Positions 26,235 to 37,905 of a stretch of DNA of 64,000 bases are shown here, one piece after another (within the stretch, counting starts at the first letter, position 1; each line of letters starts with the position of its first letter). The DNA lies in assembly GCA_973895155.1 (NCBI GenBank), contig OZ316891.1:24241899-24305898 (forward strand), in the 5' to 3' direction. Both the position numbers and the translations under genes were made by a program. The stretch is from Marsupella aquatica (taxonomy: Eukaryota; Plantae; Marchantiophyta). The notes below the pieces were generated by a model. It had not been told where the DNA came from, made no database searches, and saw only the letters and a program-made list of their open reading frames with translations.

Positions 26235-27962
26235 TAAACTTAAAAGACTCTCACCTTACCGGACCACGATGACATGCAGTACAACACACCTCAAAGTTGA
26301 ATCAGCGCGACGAAGCTACTGAATTTTTGCTTCAATTTGATCACGTAAGTGGGACTGCACATTGCCAAGTTCAAATTTGAACATAGTGTTTCATTCCCTC
26401 TCATCATTTTCGCTGTATATGGAGAGTAGCACGTACTCACGATTATATTCATTGTCACATTCTCACTTCATGCTAACCTTCTCGTGTAACTGGCAGTGAT
26501 TGAACCACTTCTAGGAGATGATACAGAATTTAAATCCATGGCATCACATGCAATAAAAAGAAACCAAAGGCGTTGATACCTGCTGAGTCGAGGAGAATCT
26601 TGAAGTCTTCAAACCAAGGAGCTTGCATCGTAAACCCCTCACACCTTCAAGGTCACGGACAGACAACATGAAATGACATCCATCAGCCATGGTCCAAAGT
26701 AGTACTACTCCATCTAACTCTGCTTCGAGTCCAGGATGACAGACTTACATGCGAATAGACCACAACAAGAAGTTAAAGAAACTTGACACGAATTGACCAG
26801 GCGCGACAACAGAAGTTAACAGGGTTGCGACTGCGAGGGCGGTGAAGTTAACAGGGTTGCGACTAAAAACCTGAGTAATGAATAAGTTGTTGCTCCTGCA
26901 GTCTTGCTGCAAGTCACTGATTCGTCTGCTGACTCTACTTCAGCACCACAACAATTCAAATAGATGGCAACCTTGATTTCCTTTCTTGCTGAGGTCCTCG
27001 AAATCACCGAGTTTACAACTTCCAAAGCGGGCGGTATGATCACCTTGTCTGTCCCACTCCAAACTTCGATTCTATCATGCAAATCCGTCCAACATTTGAA
27101 GAATGAGTTCACCAACGATTAAGCCAAGACGTGAGGCGGTTCAGGGTGAGACTTGCGACGGGCACTGCAGATCAAACTAAGAATGCGAGAATGAGCCTAA
27201 GGCAAAGAGTCGAGAAACCGAAACCAAAATGATGCGAACAAATGTAAAGACTCTGTGCCGCGCGGAGCCGGGCGGGAGTAGGGATCTTACTGCAGAGTGG
27301 GACCCGCCCTCCCAATAAATCAACTTCTCATTTAATTACCATTGACATTACCCTAAGACAACAATATTAGTGGAGGTCCTTCACTCTTACCTCAAATTCA
27401 TAATAAATTCCCTCTATATCCTAAGATATTTATTCACTAGAAAGTGAACCCCTACTCCTTAAGTAGTCCCCTACAAAGTCTACAACTAAACTCCACTATC
27501 AAAATTAACCCTTTGAGTGTTTTACATAACTCATTTCCAAAGCTTCTTCCAAAGTCAAAAGGGCCATCTATCATGTAATAATTTGATGTCAATTAACCAT
27601 ACCCATACCCATTTTGGCCAAACTACTGGCAACATCTTAGCTAGAAAAGTGTGACAAAGCTAACACTCTTTTGCTGGATATTATAGCCAGATTCAAAAAT
27701 GGAAAGTATAGGGTGAAGATGGTACAATATTAAATGCACTACCTTTCTGGCCGGTCAGACGATAGTCCAAATTGACCTGTGGATCAAGTATGTTAGAACG
27801 CAAGCTACCTCTCTTTTCGTCCACCCCTTTTTGTAAAGTGCCCCGGTCTTAAGAAAGGGTCAGATAGATTAAAATAATTAGTATTGACTAGGTACTGAAT
27901 TTTAGCCTGGCCTGGGGATTCTGAAATTTACGGTCAAACACCATTCAGCACCCACCAGTCTC

Positions 27963-30898
27963 AAACCACTCGGGTGATTCAGTGGTTTTATAAAACACGG
28001 CTCGCACCACTGCAATGAGAGTGGTATAAGCAGTGCTTTAATTCTTGTCATCTCAAAGCACCTGATTATGAGTGGATTCTGAGTGGGTTCTTCAAGTTGC
28101 AAAGACCCAGGCTAAGAGGGCTGGCACATTGTATTTATAATTTTAGAACATGGGGTGCCAATGGTAGGCTCATGGTTTTTGGTTGTAGCCTTCCTCATTC
28201 CTCCAACTTAGCTCCGTCACATTGCTCCTGAAGGACAGCTCGAACACAATGGCCTCCCAGTTTGAGCAAAACCACCCACCCCATCACACAAGAAATCAAA
28301 AGGTGCTAAGTTTTGGGGCACATAGAAGTTGAGCAACTCCTTCCACCACCTTTAGCAACATCACTCCAAGAGTTTGTGGAATTGGAGAAATAGAGTTAGT
28401 GGGTGACCCTACCATGTACCACTGGTGAAACCACTCAGACCTCTCAGTGGTTTTATAAAACACGGCTCGCACCACTGCAATGAGAGTGGTATAAGCAGTG
28501 CTTTAATTCTTGTCATCTCAAAGCACCTGATTATGAGTGGATTCTGAGTGGGTTCTTCGAGTTGCAAAGACCCAGGCTAAGAGGGCTGGCACATTGTATT
28601 TATAATTTTAGAACATGGGGTGCCAATGGTAGGCTCATGGTTTTTGGTTGTAGCCTTCCTCATTCCTCCAACTTAGCTCCGTCACATTGCTCCTGAAGGA
28701 CAGCTCGAACACAATGGCCTCCCAGTTTGAGCAAAACCACCCACCCCATCACACAAGAAATCAAAAGGTGCTAAGTTTTGGGGCACATAGAAGTTGAGCA
28801 ACTCCTTCCACCACCTTTAGCAACATCACTCCAAGAGTTTGTGGAATTGGAGAAATAGAGTTAGTGGGTGACCCTACCATGTACCACTGGTGAAACCACT
28901 CAGACCTCTCAGTGGTTTTATAAAACATGGCTCGCACCACTGCAATGAGAGTGGTATAAGCAGTGCTTTAATTCTTGTCATCTCAAAGCACCTGATTATG
29001 AGTGGATTCTGAGTGGGTTCTTCGAGTTGCAAAGACCCAGGCTAAGAGGGCTGGCACATTGTATTTATAATTTTAGAACATGGGGTGCCAATGGTAGGCT
29101 CATGATTTTTGGTTGTAGCCTTCCTCATTCCTCCAACTTAGCTCCGTCACATTGCTCCTGAAGGACAGCTCGAACACAATGGCCTCCCAGTTTGAGCAAA
29201 ACCACCCACCCCATCACACAAGAAATCAAAAGGTGCTAAGTTTTGGGGCACATAGAAGTTGAGCAACTCCTTCCACCACCTTTAGCAACATCACTCCAAG
29301 AGTTTGTGGAATTGGAGAAATAGAGTTAGTGGGTGACCCTACCATGTACCACTGGTGAAACCACTCAGACCTCTTAGTGGTTTTATAAAACATGGCTCGC
29401 ACCACTGCAATGAGAGTGGTATAAGCAGTGCTTTAATTCTTGTCATCTCAAAGCACCTGATTATGAGTGGATTCTGAGTGGGTTCTTCGAGTTGCAAAGA
29501 CCCAGGCTAAGAGGGCTGGCACATTGTATTTATAATTTTAGAACATGGGGTGCCAATGGTAGGCTCATGATTTTTGGTTGTAGCCTTCCTCATTCCTCCA
29601 ACTTAGCTCCGTCACATTGCTCCTGAAGGACAGCTCGAACACAATGGCCTCCCAGTTTGAGCAAAACCACCCACCCCATCACACAAGAAATCAAAAGGTG
29701 CTAAGTTTTGGGGCACATAGAAGTTGAGCAACTCCTTCCACCACCTTTAGCAACATCACTCCAAGAGTTTGTGGAATTGGAGAAATAGAGTTAGTGGGTG
29801 ACCCTACCATGTACCACTGCTGAAACCACTCAGACCTCTTAGTGGTTTTATAAAACATGGCTCGCACCACTGCAATGAGAGTGGTATAAAGCAGTGCTTT
29901 AATTCTTGTCATCTCAAAGCACCTGATTATGAGTGGATTCTGAGTGGGTTCTTCGAGTTGCAAAGACCCAAGCTAAGAGGGCTGGCACATTGTATTTATA
30001 ATTTTAGAACATGGGGTGCCAATGGTAGGCTCATGATTTTTGGTTGTAGCCTTCCTCATTCCTCCAACTTAGCTCCATCACATTGCTCCTGAAGGACAGC
30101 TCGAACACAATGGCCTCCCAGTTTTAGCAAAACCACCCACCCCATCACACAAGAAATCAAAAGGTGCTAAGTTTTGGGGCACATAGAAGTTGAGCAACTC
30201 CTTCCACCACCTTTAGCAACATCACTCCAAGAGTTTGTGGAATTGGAGAAATAGAGTTAGTGGGTGACCCTACCATGTACCACTGGTGAAACCACTCAGA
30301 CCTCTTAGTGGTTTTATAAAACATGGCTCGCACCACTGCAATGAGAGTGGTATAAAGCAGTGCTTTAATTCTTGTCATCTCAAAGCACCTGATTATGAGT
30401 GGATTCTGAGTGGGTTCTTCGAGTTGCAAAGACCCAAGCTAAGAGGGCTGGCACATTGTATTTATAATTTTAGAACATGGGGTGCCAATGGTAGGCTCAT
30501 GATTTTTGGTTGTAGCCTTCCTCATTCCTCCAACTTAGCTCCGTCACATTGCTCCTGAAGGACAGCTCGAACACAATGGCCTCCCAGTTTGAGCAAAACC
30601 ACCCACCCCATCACACAAGAAATCAAAAGGTGCTAAGTTTTGGGGCACATAGAAGTTGAGCAACTCCTTCCACCACCTTTAGCAACATCACTCCAAGAGT
30701 TTGTGGAATTGGAGAAATAGAGTTAGTGGGTGACCCTACCATGTACCACTGGTGAAACCACTCAGACCTCTTAGTGGTTTTATAAAACATGGCTCGCACC
30801 ACTGCAATGAGAGTGGTATAAGCAATGCTTTAATTCTTGTCATCTCAAAGCACCTGATTCTAAGTGGGTTCTTCGAGTTGCAAAGACCCAAGCTAAGA
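27963..30898. repeat. Tandem array of a 465/466-bp unit, about 6.3 copies, inside the CACTA element
   Basis: Anchor AGTGGTTTTATAAAAC at 27981, 28446, 28911, 29376, 29841, 30307 and 30773; units differ at only a few sites. Confidence 0.97.
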
Positions 30899-33173
30899 CG
30901 TGTGACATATTATTTTGACAATCTAATTTGAGTAGATGAGATGCAAATAGTGTATGTGTGCAAGTTTTTTGGTTATAACTAACAGCTGCATGCTTCTTCA
31001 CTCCTCCATGTCAGCCCCTTAGTGATATTAAATTAATTCATTTTAAGCAAGAACTAAAGATTGTCTCGCGCAAGACTAAGTGCCAAACGGATAACATTTA
31101 AATTAATTAATTTGTGGTAGAGTTGGGAGGTAGCAATGTCCAACCACCGTATCAAACTACATTCTTTTTATTCAGATTTGTTCTGTAGAGATTAATTGAG
31201 AAATATTTACTTTGGGTGTATATGCTTCTATGTCCCTAGTCTAAGGTAAGAACCTTTGGATCAACGTAAGTTTGTGTGCCAGTTAAGCAGTTTAAACATA
31301 CACTGTCTGCTTCTAGCATTGGTGTAGTCACTGGTGCTGCGCGTTAAGTTTAGTTCAAGAAGAGGAATTCTCGCTACGAGAAGACTTTGCCAGAATGCAC
31401 TCCTTTGCCAGTTTTCCAGAATGCACTCCCCTTGCATTCCTTTTGAGTGAATCCTGAAACGCGAGCAGAGGGGACGACACACACCCGCAAGCTGTAAACC
31501 ACAAGCGCAAGCTGCTGCCATAGGACTCTTGTTGAAATCGAGTACAGTTTTGTAGCATAGCGGATTTCCTATAGCGGTTCATCGGCATCAGTGAGTGAGC
31601 ACGCGAGAGGAAGGGAGGTGGAAGGGAAGCAAGGAAGGGAGGGGGAAAGAAAATCTGACTTCAAGAGTTCCGTCAAGGCGCAAGCGGCAGTTTTCTTTGG
31701 CACGGATCAATGCTTACTCGAAGCAATTCTTACTCGAAGCAATACGAAGGACGGATTGACGTCAAGCTTACTCGAAGCAATTCTTTCAAATCTTAGTGAT
31801 CACTCTGGCTCGGCACAAATGGAGGGCTCAGTTTCTTGACAAAAGGTCAATCACTCACCGCCCTCGCGAGCTGCGAGGCCGTCAACTTCCTAGTTCGCCA
31901 CGCCCACAACCATCATCATCAGCTCTTCTCTTGAATGCTGTCACTACATTTCTCATTTCAAGAAGGCGGGCAATCGCAATAGGAAGCCACTGAGAAGTGA
32001 TGACCTTCATTAGATGCGAATTGCACCTTAGCTAAGACAGTTTAGGGTTTGCAGATGGAATAATTTCATGGCTGTATGGGATGGTTGCAATTGGGAGGGA
32101 CGGGTCACAGGGTGATTTCTCTTGCATATACAACGTGAGGCCAGGTCATAGGGTTGACAGTCTGGAAATTTGGAATATTTTTACAAGTGTTGTTTCTTAC
32201 GAAGGAGGAATTTAATTTGGTCGCGCACAGGTAGGCTATAGGTAGGCTACGTAAGGGGATGAGTGTGAGGTTAAGACGATTGCTGGGAAACCTGGTGGAG
32301 GGCAGGCAGGAGGCCATTAGGATAGCAGAGAGGAACAAAAAGTTTGATTCAAGCTGCTGGAATTGTTGAGGCCGACATCCAACTTTCGTCCGCTTCCATG
32401 GAGAGGAAAGCGACAGGAAGACTTTGTATTCCCTATCTTTGTATCTGTCATCATCTACTAGCTCTTTGTGTTCCTGGTTAGACTAGCTTGGTGGTCTCTC
32501 ATACATTGCACGGTTTTGGAAGAAAGTGTGGTGGCGAGTGGCTGGACTATCTACTTAATACTATCTCTCCGGTAAGTCTAATTATTTGTTCACCTATAAT
32601 TAATTGGATCTATTGTCTGCTTACTCAGACAAGCGTTCAGTTTGTCAGTTTTGCCTTTCGTTCCTTGGCGACTCAACCTAGCTACTTCATATGCATTGTA
32701 ATATCTCGTAGCACCTGTGTCCGTTACTATCCAGAGTTTGCAATTGAGTTGGGGAGAACCCCATTGCACTGTCAACAAGAAGATTGCAGTGATTTGTCGA
32801 GGGCAATCAGCCATTAGACTCTACTTTTATTAATTAGTTGGTCACAAATGTTATTCTTCAGTTGTTATTTCAGCACGCCCGGCATGGTAGTATGTTGCTG
32901 ATCAAAGCCCGATCGGACTGCATTGCAGAGTTTGCAGCTTCTCATTTGATTAAGAAAATAATGACCAATTGCAACAATTTAAGAAAAGCTGCTTTGAGCC
33001 GTTCATTGATGTTGTTGATGTCTTCACCACAAAGAAATCTGCAACAAGGTTTTGCCAAATTAAGATCATGCTTGTCGTTGAGGGGTCCACGTGCTTTCAG
33101 AGTCACTTTGTATTCTTCTATATCCCTTAGGGCTGATTGTTATACATTGAGTCACAACTAATTCACAATATTT

Positions 33174-34019
33174 TTGTGGCTTTCTCAGGTAAGTTTCCTC
33201 ACTAGGGTACATCATCGATCCTTTGCAAGCAAACGGGAGACTAAGCTAGTAACTGAGTCCGCTTGCAGTATGGCAATAGAGGCAAAGTTGGAGGATGCAT
33301 GGAGCACCTATAGGCAAGCTTTTGGTGCAATTTTGTGGTCAGCTGTGGCCTTAGTTTGTGACGGCCTGTTTTGGTCTTGCCTTGGACTACTGAGCGAGTT
33401 TTTCCGCTTTTTGCATGAGCTGCTTGAGCGTCTCATTGCTGTTGCTCGTCCTCAACCAGAAGTTCCTGATTTCAGCCCTCAGTCTGTTGGTAATCTCACT
33501 GTTGTTGCTCGTCCTCAACCAGAAGGTCCTGATTTCAGCCCCCAGCCTGTTGAGAATCTCACTACTGTTGCTCGTCCTCAACCAGAAGGACATAGTTCCA
33601 GCCCTCATCCTGCTAAGAATCCAAAAGATGAGCATGGAGAGCAGCAATGGATGCATCCTGTATATGAGCACCATAGCCAGCCAGCTCAAATTCCAGCTCA
33701 GCAACCGATAGTGAGAGAGCAACATCTACTGTATGAGCATGGGCAGGCAGCTCAAGTTTCAGGGCATGGCCAGCATCAGATTGATCCAAGCTTTGATGTA
33801 TTATATTTTAGATGCAATCATCCCTCCTTGCATAGTAGGAAACGGTGGTATGCAGTGGGGAAAGGCCGGAATCCTGGTATCTATGAATGTTGGGAAGAAG
33901 CAGAGCGCGAAGTCTCAGGTTTTAGTGGCAATAAACACAAGTCTTTTAGGCTTATAGAAGAAGCAGAGAACTGGTTACTGGGTCATGTGCCAATAGAAGG
34001 TCTACATAGGAATTTATAA
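33174..34019 (+). CDS. CACTA cargo gene: hydrophobic N-terminal segment, 21-aa Pro/Gln repeats, C-terminal RNase H1 N-terminal/caulimovirus viroplasmin (hybrid-binding) domain
   Basis: RWYAVGKGRNPGIYECWEEAEREVSGFSGNKHKSFRLIEEAENWL fits the Cauli_VI consensus; first ATG at 33270 follows a likely intron 33189-33268; no catalytic RNase H domain follows. Confidence 0.82.
   Translation: MWLSQVSFLTRVHHRSFASKRETKLVTESACSMAIEAKLEDAWSTYRQAFGAILWSAVALVCDGLFWSCLGLLSEFFRFLHELLERLIAVARPQPEVPDFSPQSVGNLTVVARPQPEGPDFSPQPVENLTTVARPQPEGHSSSPHPAKNPKDEHGEQQWMHPVYEHHSQPAQIPAQQPIVREQHLLYEHGQAAQVSGHGQHQIDPSFDVLYFRCNHPSLHSRKRWYAVGKGRNPGIYECWEEAEREVSGFSGNKHKSFRLIEEAENWLLGHVPIEGLHRNL
33439..33590 (+). repeat. 63-bp coding tandem repeat (VARPQPE..., about 2.4 copies)
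   Basis: GTTGCTCGTCCTCAACCAGAAG at 33441, 33504 and 33567. Confidence 0.9.
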
Positions 34020-34782
34020 GAACTTTTGCGGATCTAACTTGGCAGTGTTGTTGCACTGCACATTGTAATACATTTTGTAAAATTAAAACAATTTCAATGT
34101 TTATTTGTACTCACACGTTGTACAAGATGAAGTCTACTTATGGTTGAGTAACCAGCAAACTCTCTTGCGATCCTTTGCAAGATTGTATTTCCACCAGAAT
34201 ATTTATACTCCCACCCGCAGAGCTTGCATTGTAGTAGTTCCGTGCTCATTACCAACTGGCCCATGCAAATCCACATTTAACTGCGTAAAGAGCTTGCTAC
34301 CCTGGTTGCTACTAAGAAATGATTTGTAGGCCAAATCAAACTACAAATGGTCCAACATATATTTGTTCAGCAAATATATAGCAGCTGCTCAAGATAGAAG
34401 TGTACAACTATATGTTCCTGACCAAGTCTTTTAATGGAAAACACTGATGTCTCAAGGTTTCTGTTGGGCCAGTCCTTTCTCACCGTTGTCCCATATAACT
34501 CTATGTGTCATAGTCATTAGCCACCATCACCCAAACAACTACAAAACTACCTTAAACAACTAGAATCCTCTTCATCTCTAATTAGAGTAGTTTTTTAAAT
34601 TGTCCTTAGTCACTCAAATAAAACAAATGAGTTATTCTTTCTATTGCAGTGGTAAACTTAGTTGCTTTTACAAGCCAGATACCACTCTTTGAAAACACAG
34701 TTGTTGGGATTGCTTAAGAGTTGTTTCCGACCAGGAGTAAAAAAGGACATAGTTGTAAAAACCCAATTTCCTTCTAGTGGGA

Positions 34783-36254
34783 CCAGCTCGCCCACTCCTT
34801 CAAAAGCGAAATCAAATCAGCAACTCATTGATAAGTTGATATCCCTTCTCAGTTGTAGTGATGATGGTCTCTATGATGCTATTAATGATTTAAAAATGGA
34901 AGCTGTCAGCTTGAAGTCACCATTCCCTGACCAGTTAAGCCCTATCAGGATGATCTCCCCCCCAGGAGAATCAACACCAATGGAATATGTGACTCTCACC
35001 CCTGCTACCCAACAGGTTCCTCCTCTAAAATCCAGTAACCCTGTTCCAGTAACAGACAGTATCAGCTGTGCAGCTATCGTGGACGATTTACTGGAGATAC
35101 TGCAGTGTGACCCTCGACAGATAGTGTCTGTAGTTGGCAACTTGGTGCAGCAATGTCCCACTGCTACCCCTTCTCTTAGTCCAAGTTCCCACCCTTACAG
35201 TCCTGATTTTAACTACGAACCCACAGAAGGACCACCCTACAATCAGTCCCAGTATGAGCATCCTTATATTCAAGAGGATCTACCTGAAGATTCTGATCCA
35301 CCCTCTGATTTTGATTCCATTCAATCTTATGACAACTCCTTAACACCATCACCAAGGCAGGGATTCGTAGATGTTGACACTGCCCTAAGGTCCAATCCCA
35401 ACTTAGTAGCAGTTGTCACTTCATCTACTCAGACACCCCGGAATGTTGTCTTCGAGAGTAGATACCCAAGACCTCCAGAGTTCCAAGTACGCAGGTATGT
35501 GGAGACCTGTAAGATTATGCAGGCCAACAGACCACCGGTTGGAGAGTTTTGGAGATACTACTATCTCAAGAAAACAGAGGCCAACTACATTTTCGACCTC
35601 AGGAGTTTTGGGACTTCCAAAGTGGAGATGGCACAATTTGATGAGTTCTGGACTGACTCACTATACTTCCGACCTATCCTTGCTATGATGCTACTTCAAG
35701 GTGATGTAGAGGTAGAGGATCCAGACTTAGTTTTAGCATACTTTGGAAACTTTGCAGCCTATGCCCTGGATTTTGTGGTTTCCTTCCTGATGCAGAGTAA
35801 GAAGTCTACTGCTCTACAACACGATTATATACCTCGAGAACCCAAAGTTACCCTTGTTTCAACCAGTTCATTGGCTGAGAAACAGAGGATCTGGAATAAT
35901 GTCACGACTCAGACTCTGACTCACTTCAACCGATACTTCAGGGATGTCAGATGGAGACTTCGACCCTTCTATTCCAGGATGATGAATAGTGATGAGTTCC
36001 TATCTCATTATCCCCAAGTGTATGCTGCTACCTGTAACAACTATGATGTGATCGGGATGTACAGAGAAGCTCTTCGTATAGATTCATGTTATTTGATGAA
36101 GAGAATGCCTTTGATGTATCCTGAAAGGCAACTGAGGTGCCTACCTTACTCCAGAGGATCCCCACGTCAAGCGGAACTGATAGAGGTTACCCAGAATCAA
36201 ACTGTTACTCTTGTGGAGTTACTCGAACCAGAGGACATCCGACAACAAGCTTGA
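34783..36254 (+). pseudogene. eORF-B, 3' part
   Basis: After removing the CACTA and one GGA, CTA AGG A|CC AGC reads L-R-T-S, giving an uninterrupted 809-aa ORF from ATG 15716. Confidence 0.85.
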
Positions 36255-36460
36255 AGAAGTTTTAAGTGTTTTTAGTTAATTTTAAGAGTAGTGCATCTTA
36301 TCTGATTTTTAGAAATGTATTCTAGAGCTTTGGAAGCTATCATACTTCTTTAGTGTATAGTCTGTACCTAGGAAAACCTCTTGGCAAAATCTCAGAGTTT
36401 TCTGACTTATAGTTAGGAAATTAAAAATAGTCAAATTCACTAAGTCTTTAAGAATACCGC

Positions 36461-36590
36461 ATTACGAGTTTACTAGTTTAAAAGTTACTAGTTTACGATT
36501 ACGAGTTCCGACAGATTTCCGATTACGAGTTTAATAGTTTACTAGTTTACGAGTATAAGTCATTTACTAGTTACTAGTTTACGAGTTCAA
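36461..36590 (+). repeat. Cluster of TTACGAG/TTTACTAG motifs downstream of eORF-B
   Basis: Same motif as 15380-15605. Confidence 0.8.
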
Positions 36591-37905
36591 ACTTAGTCAT
36601 TTTTCCGACTTTTCACTCACAGTTTTGTAGTTTTAAAATTTTGAGGGGTATGAAGAGGCATGTCTCTTTGACCCTGTGACCTCTCATTCGGTAGATTTTT
36701 AGTATAAGATAGCTCTACCACTAGTGTAGTTTATGGTAAAGTTCAGCAATTTTTGCCTTTCCTTGGTGTTCTGCCAGTTGATCATGAATGTTAAGAGTTC
36801 GAGATCAAGCTTGACACCAGGAGAAGACTTTCCTCCTTCTTGTGGTTTAATCCTTTGAATAAATCATGGGAAGTAAAATTCCAGTTGTGTAAATCTTATG
36901 AGATGTGATGACAGATTCCTCTTGGTGACTCATTACAATCTCCTGAGTTCCTGAAGTTAACTCACTAAGTTTAAGTTTTATTTGAAATTGATGGATTTTC
37001 TTTCATGTTGCTTAGTACCATCTAAATGTTGAAGTAGCTACCTTTTAGATCTTATCTGAGTACCATTTAGAAAGAAAGGATAAGACATGTTGACGGCATT
37101 TTAAAAGGTACTCTAGTAAAGAGTTTAGATCTGAAAAGCAATATGGATTTGTATCCTTAAGTCTTTTTATTTTAACTTATGTCTAAGGAGTAACCTTGGA
37201 AAATTCCAGACTCCCTTAGCATACTTTGAGATATTTTTCCTTGTGATTTGTTAATCATTTTCTTTTCATTAATTTATGTTACATGATGCTGAGTTATCAT
37301 TAAAAACTACTCACCGCTGTAGAGCGATCTTCAAAATACCTTATTAAAGTAATCAATCCTGATTACTATGTGTTAGAGAGAGTCTTTAAACTCTCATTTG
37401 TGTTTTTATGTATCAAATCAACCCCATCTTGTTCTTTACGGGAACGAATACCGAGTTTGAAGACCTTTAAGTGTGTTTTTGGTTCTTCATAGCAAACTAC
37501 AACTACCTTAACTGTTCCTCCTTAAGGAACCTATATGTATTTACTCAAGGATGAAGGAAGGATGATTGTAGTTCACGTTCAACACGTTATCAGCACGAAG
37601 GGCTCACGTGCAATTTGTTTTTGACGACTGATATTGGGGGAAGCGATCGGGCCTCAACGAAGGGAAGAATACCATCACCAAGAAATTCTCCATCCTTTTT
37701 TTTCTCTCTTACAGCAATCAAGAACGTAGAGACCTTACCAACTTGCAGGGAAGACCCGAAGATAGCACCGGGACGAGACAAGTCGCAAAAGCAATCGGAC
37801 ATGAATCAAAGGAGCACAACGATTGAAGGAGATCCAGCATACTCATAACCGATTCCGTAACATACCCTCCAAAATTTCTTTTCTATAGTCATGAACATTG
37901 CATAC

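Larger units (their letters stand above)
16674..34779 (-). mobile_element. Complete CACTA (En/Spm) DNA transposon, 18,106 bp
   Basis: Perfect 14-bp TIR CACTAGAAGGAAAT (16674-16687) / ATTTCCTTCTAGTG (34766-34779); 3-bp TSD GGA on both sides; internal TnpD and TnpA genes. Confidence 0.96.
9840..37501 (+). mobile_element. Ty3/gypsy non-chromovirus element Gypsy-B (5'-truncated, degenerate; hosts a mini solo LTR and a CACTA element)
   Basis: gag-PR-RT-RH-INT order at 9896-15254; putative 3' LTR 15250 (TGTAAG) to 37501 (ACTACA) with CTTTACGGGAACGAAT about 55 bp from the end, as in the Gypsy-C LTR. No 5' LTR or PBS seen; the left boundary is approximate. Confidence 0.75.

Noticed and set aside
27963-30898. 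CRISPR-like array or repeated 90-aa genes
   Set aside because: Whole units are near-identical with no unique spacers and no cas genes; the small ORFs depend on a 1-bp indel present in only two units.
31711-31785. Three copies of CTTACTCGAAGCAAT
   Set aside because: Short local duplication with no further structure; insufficient evidence of function.
34662-34782. N-terminus of the 530-aa ORF as a real gene start
   Set aside because: These codons lie in the CACTA terminal region; the true upstream part is 15716-16673.
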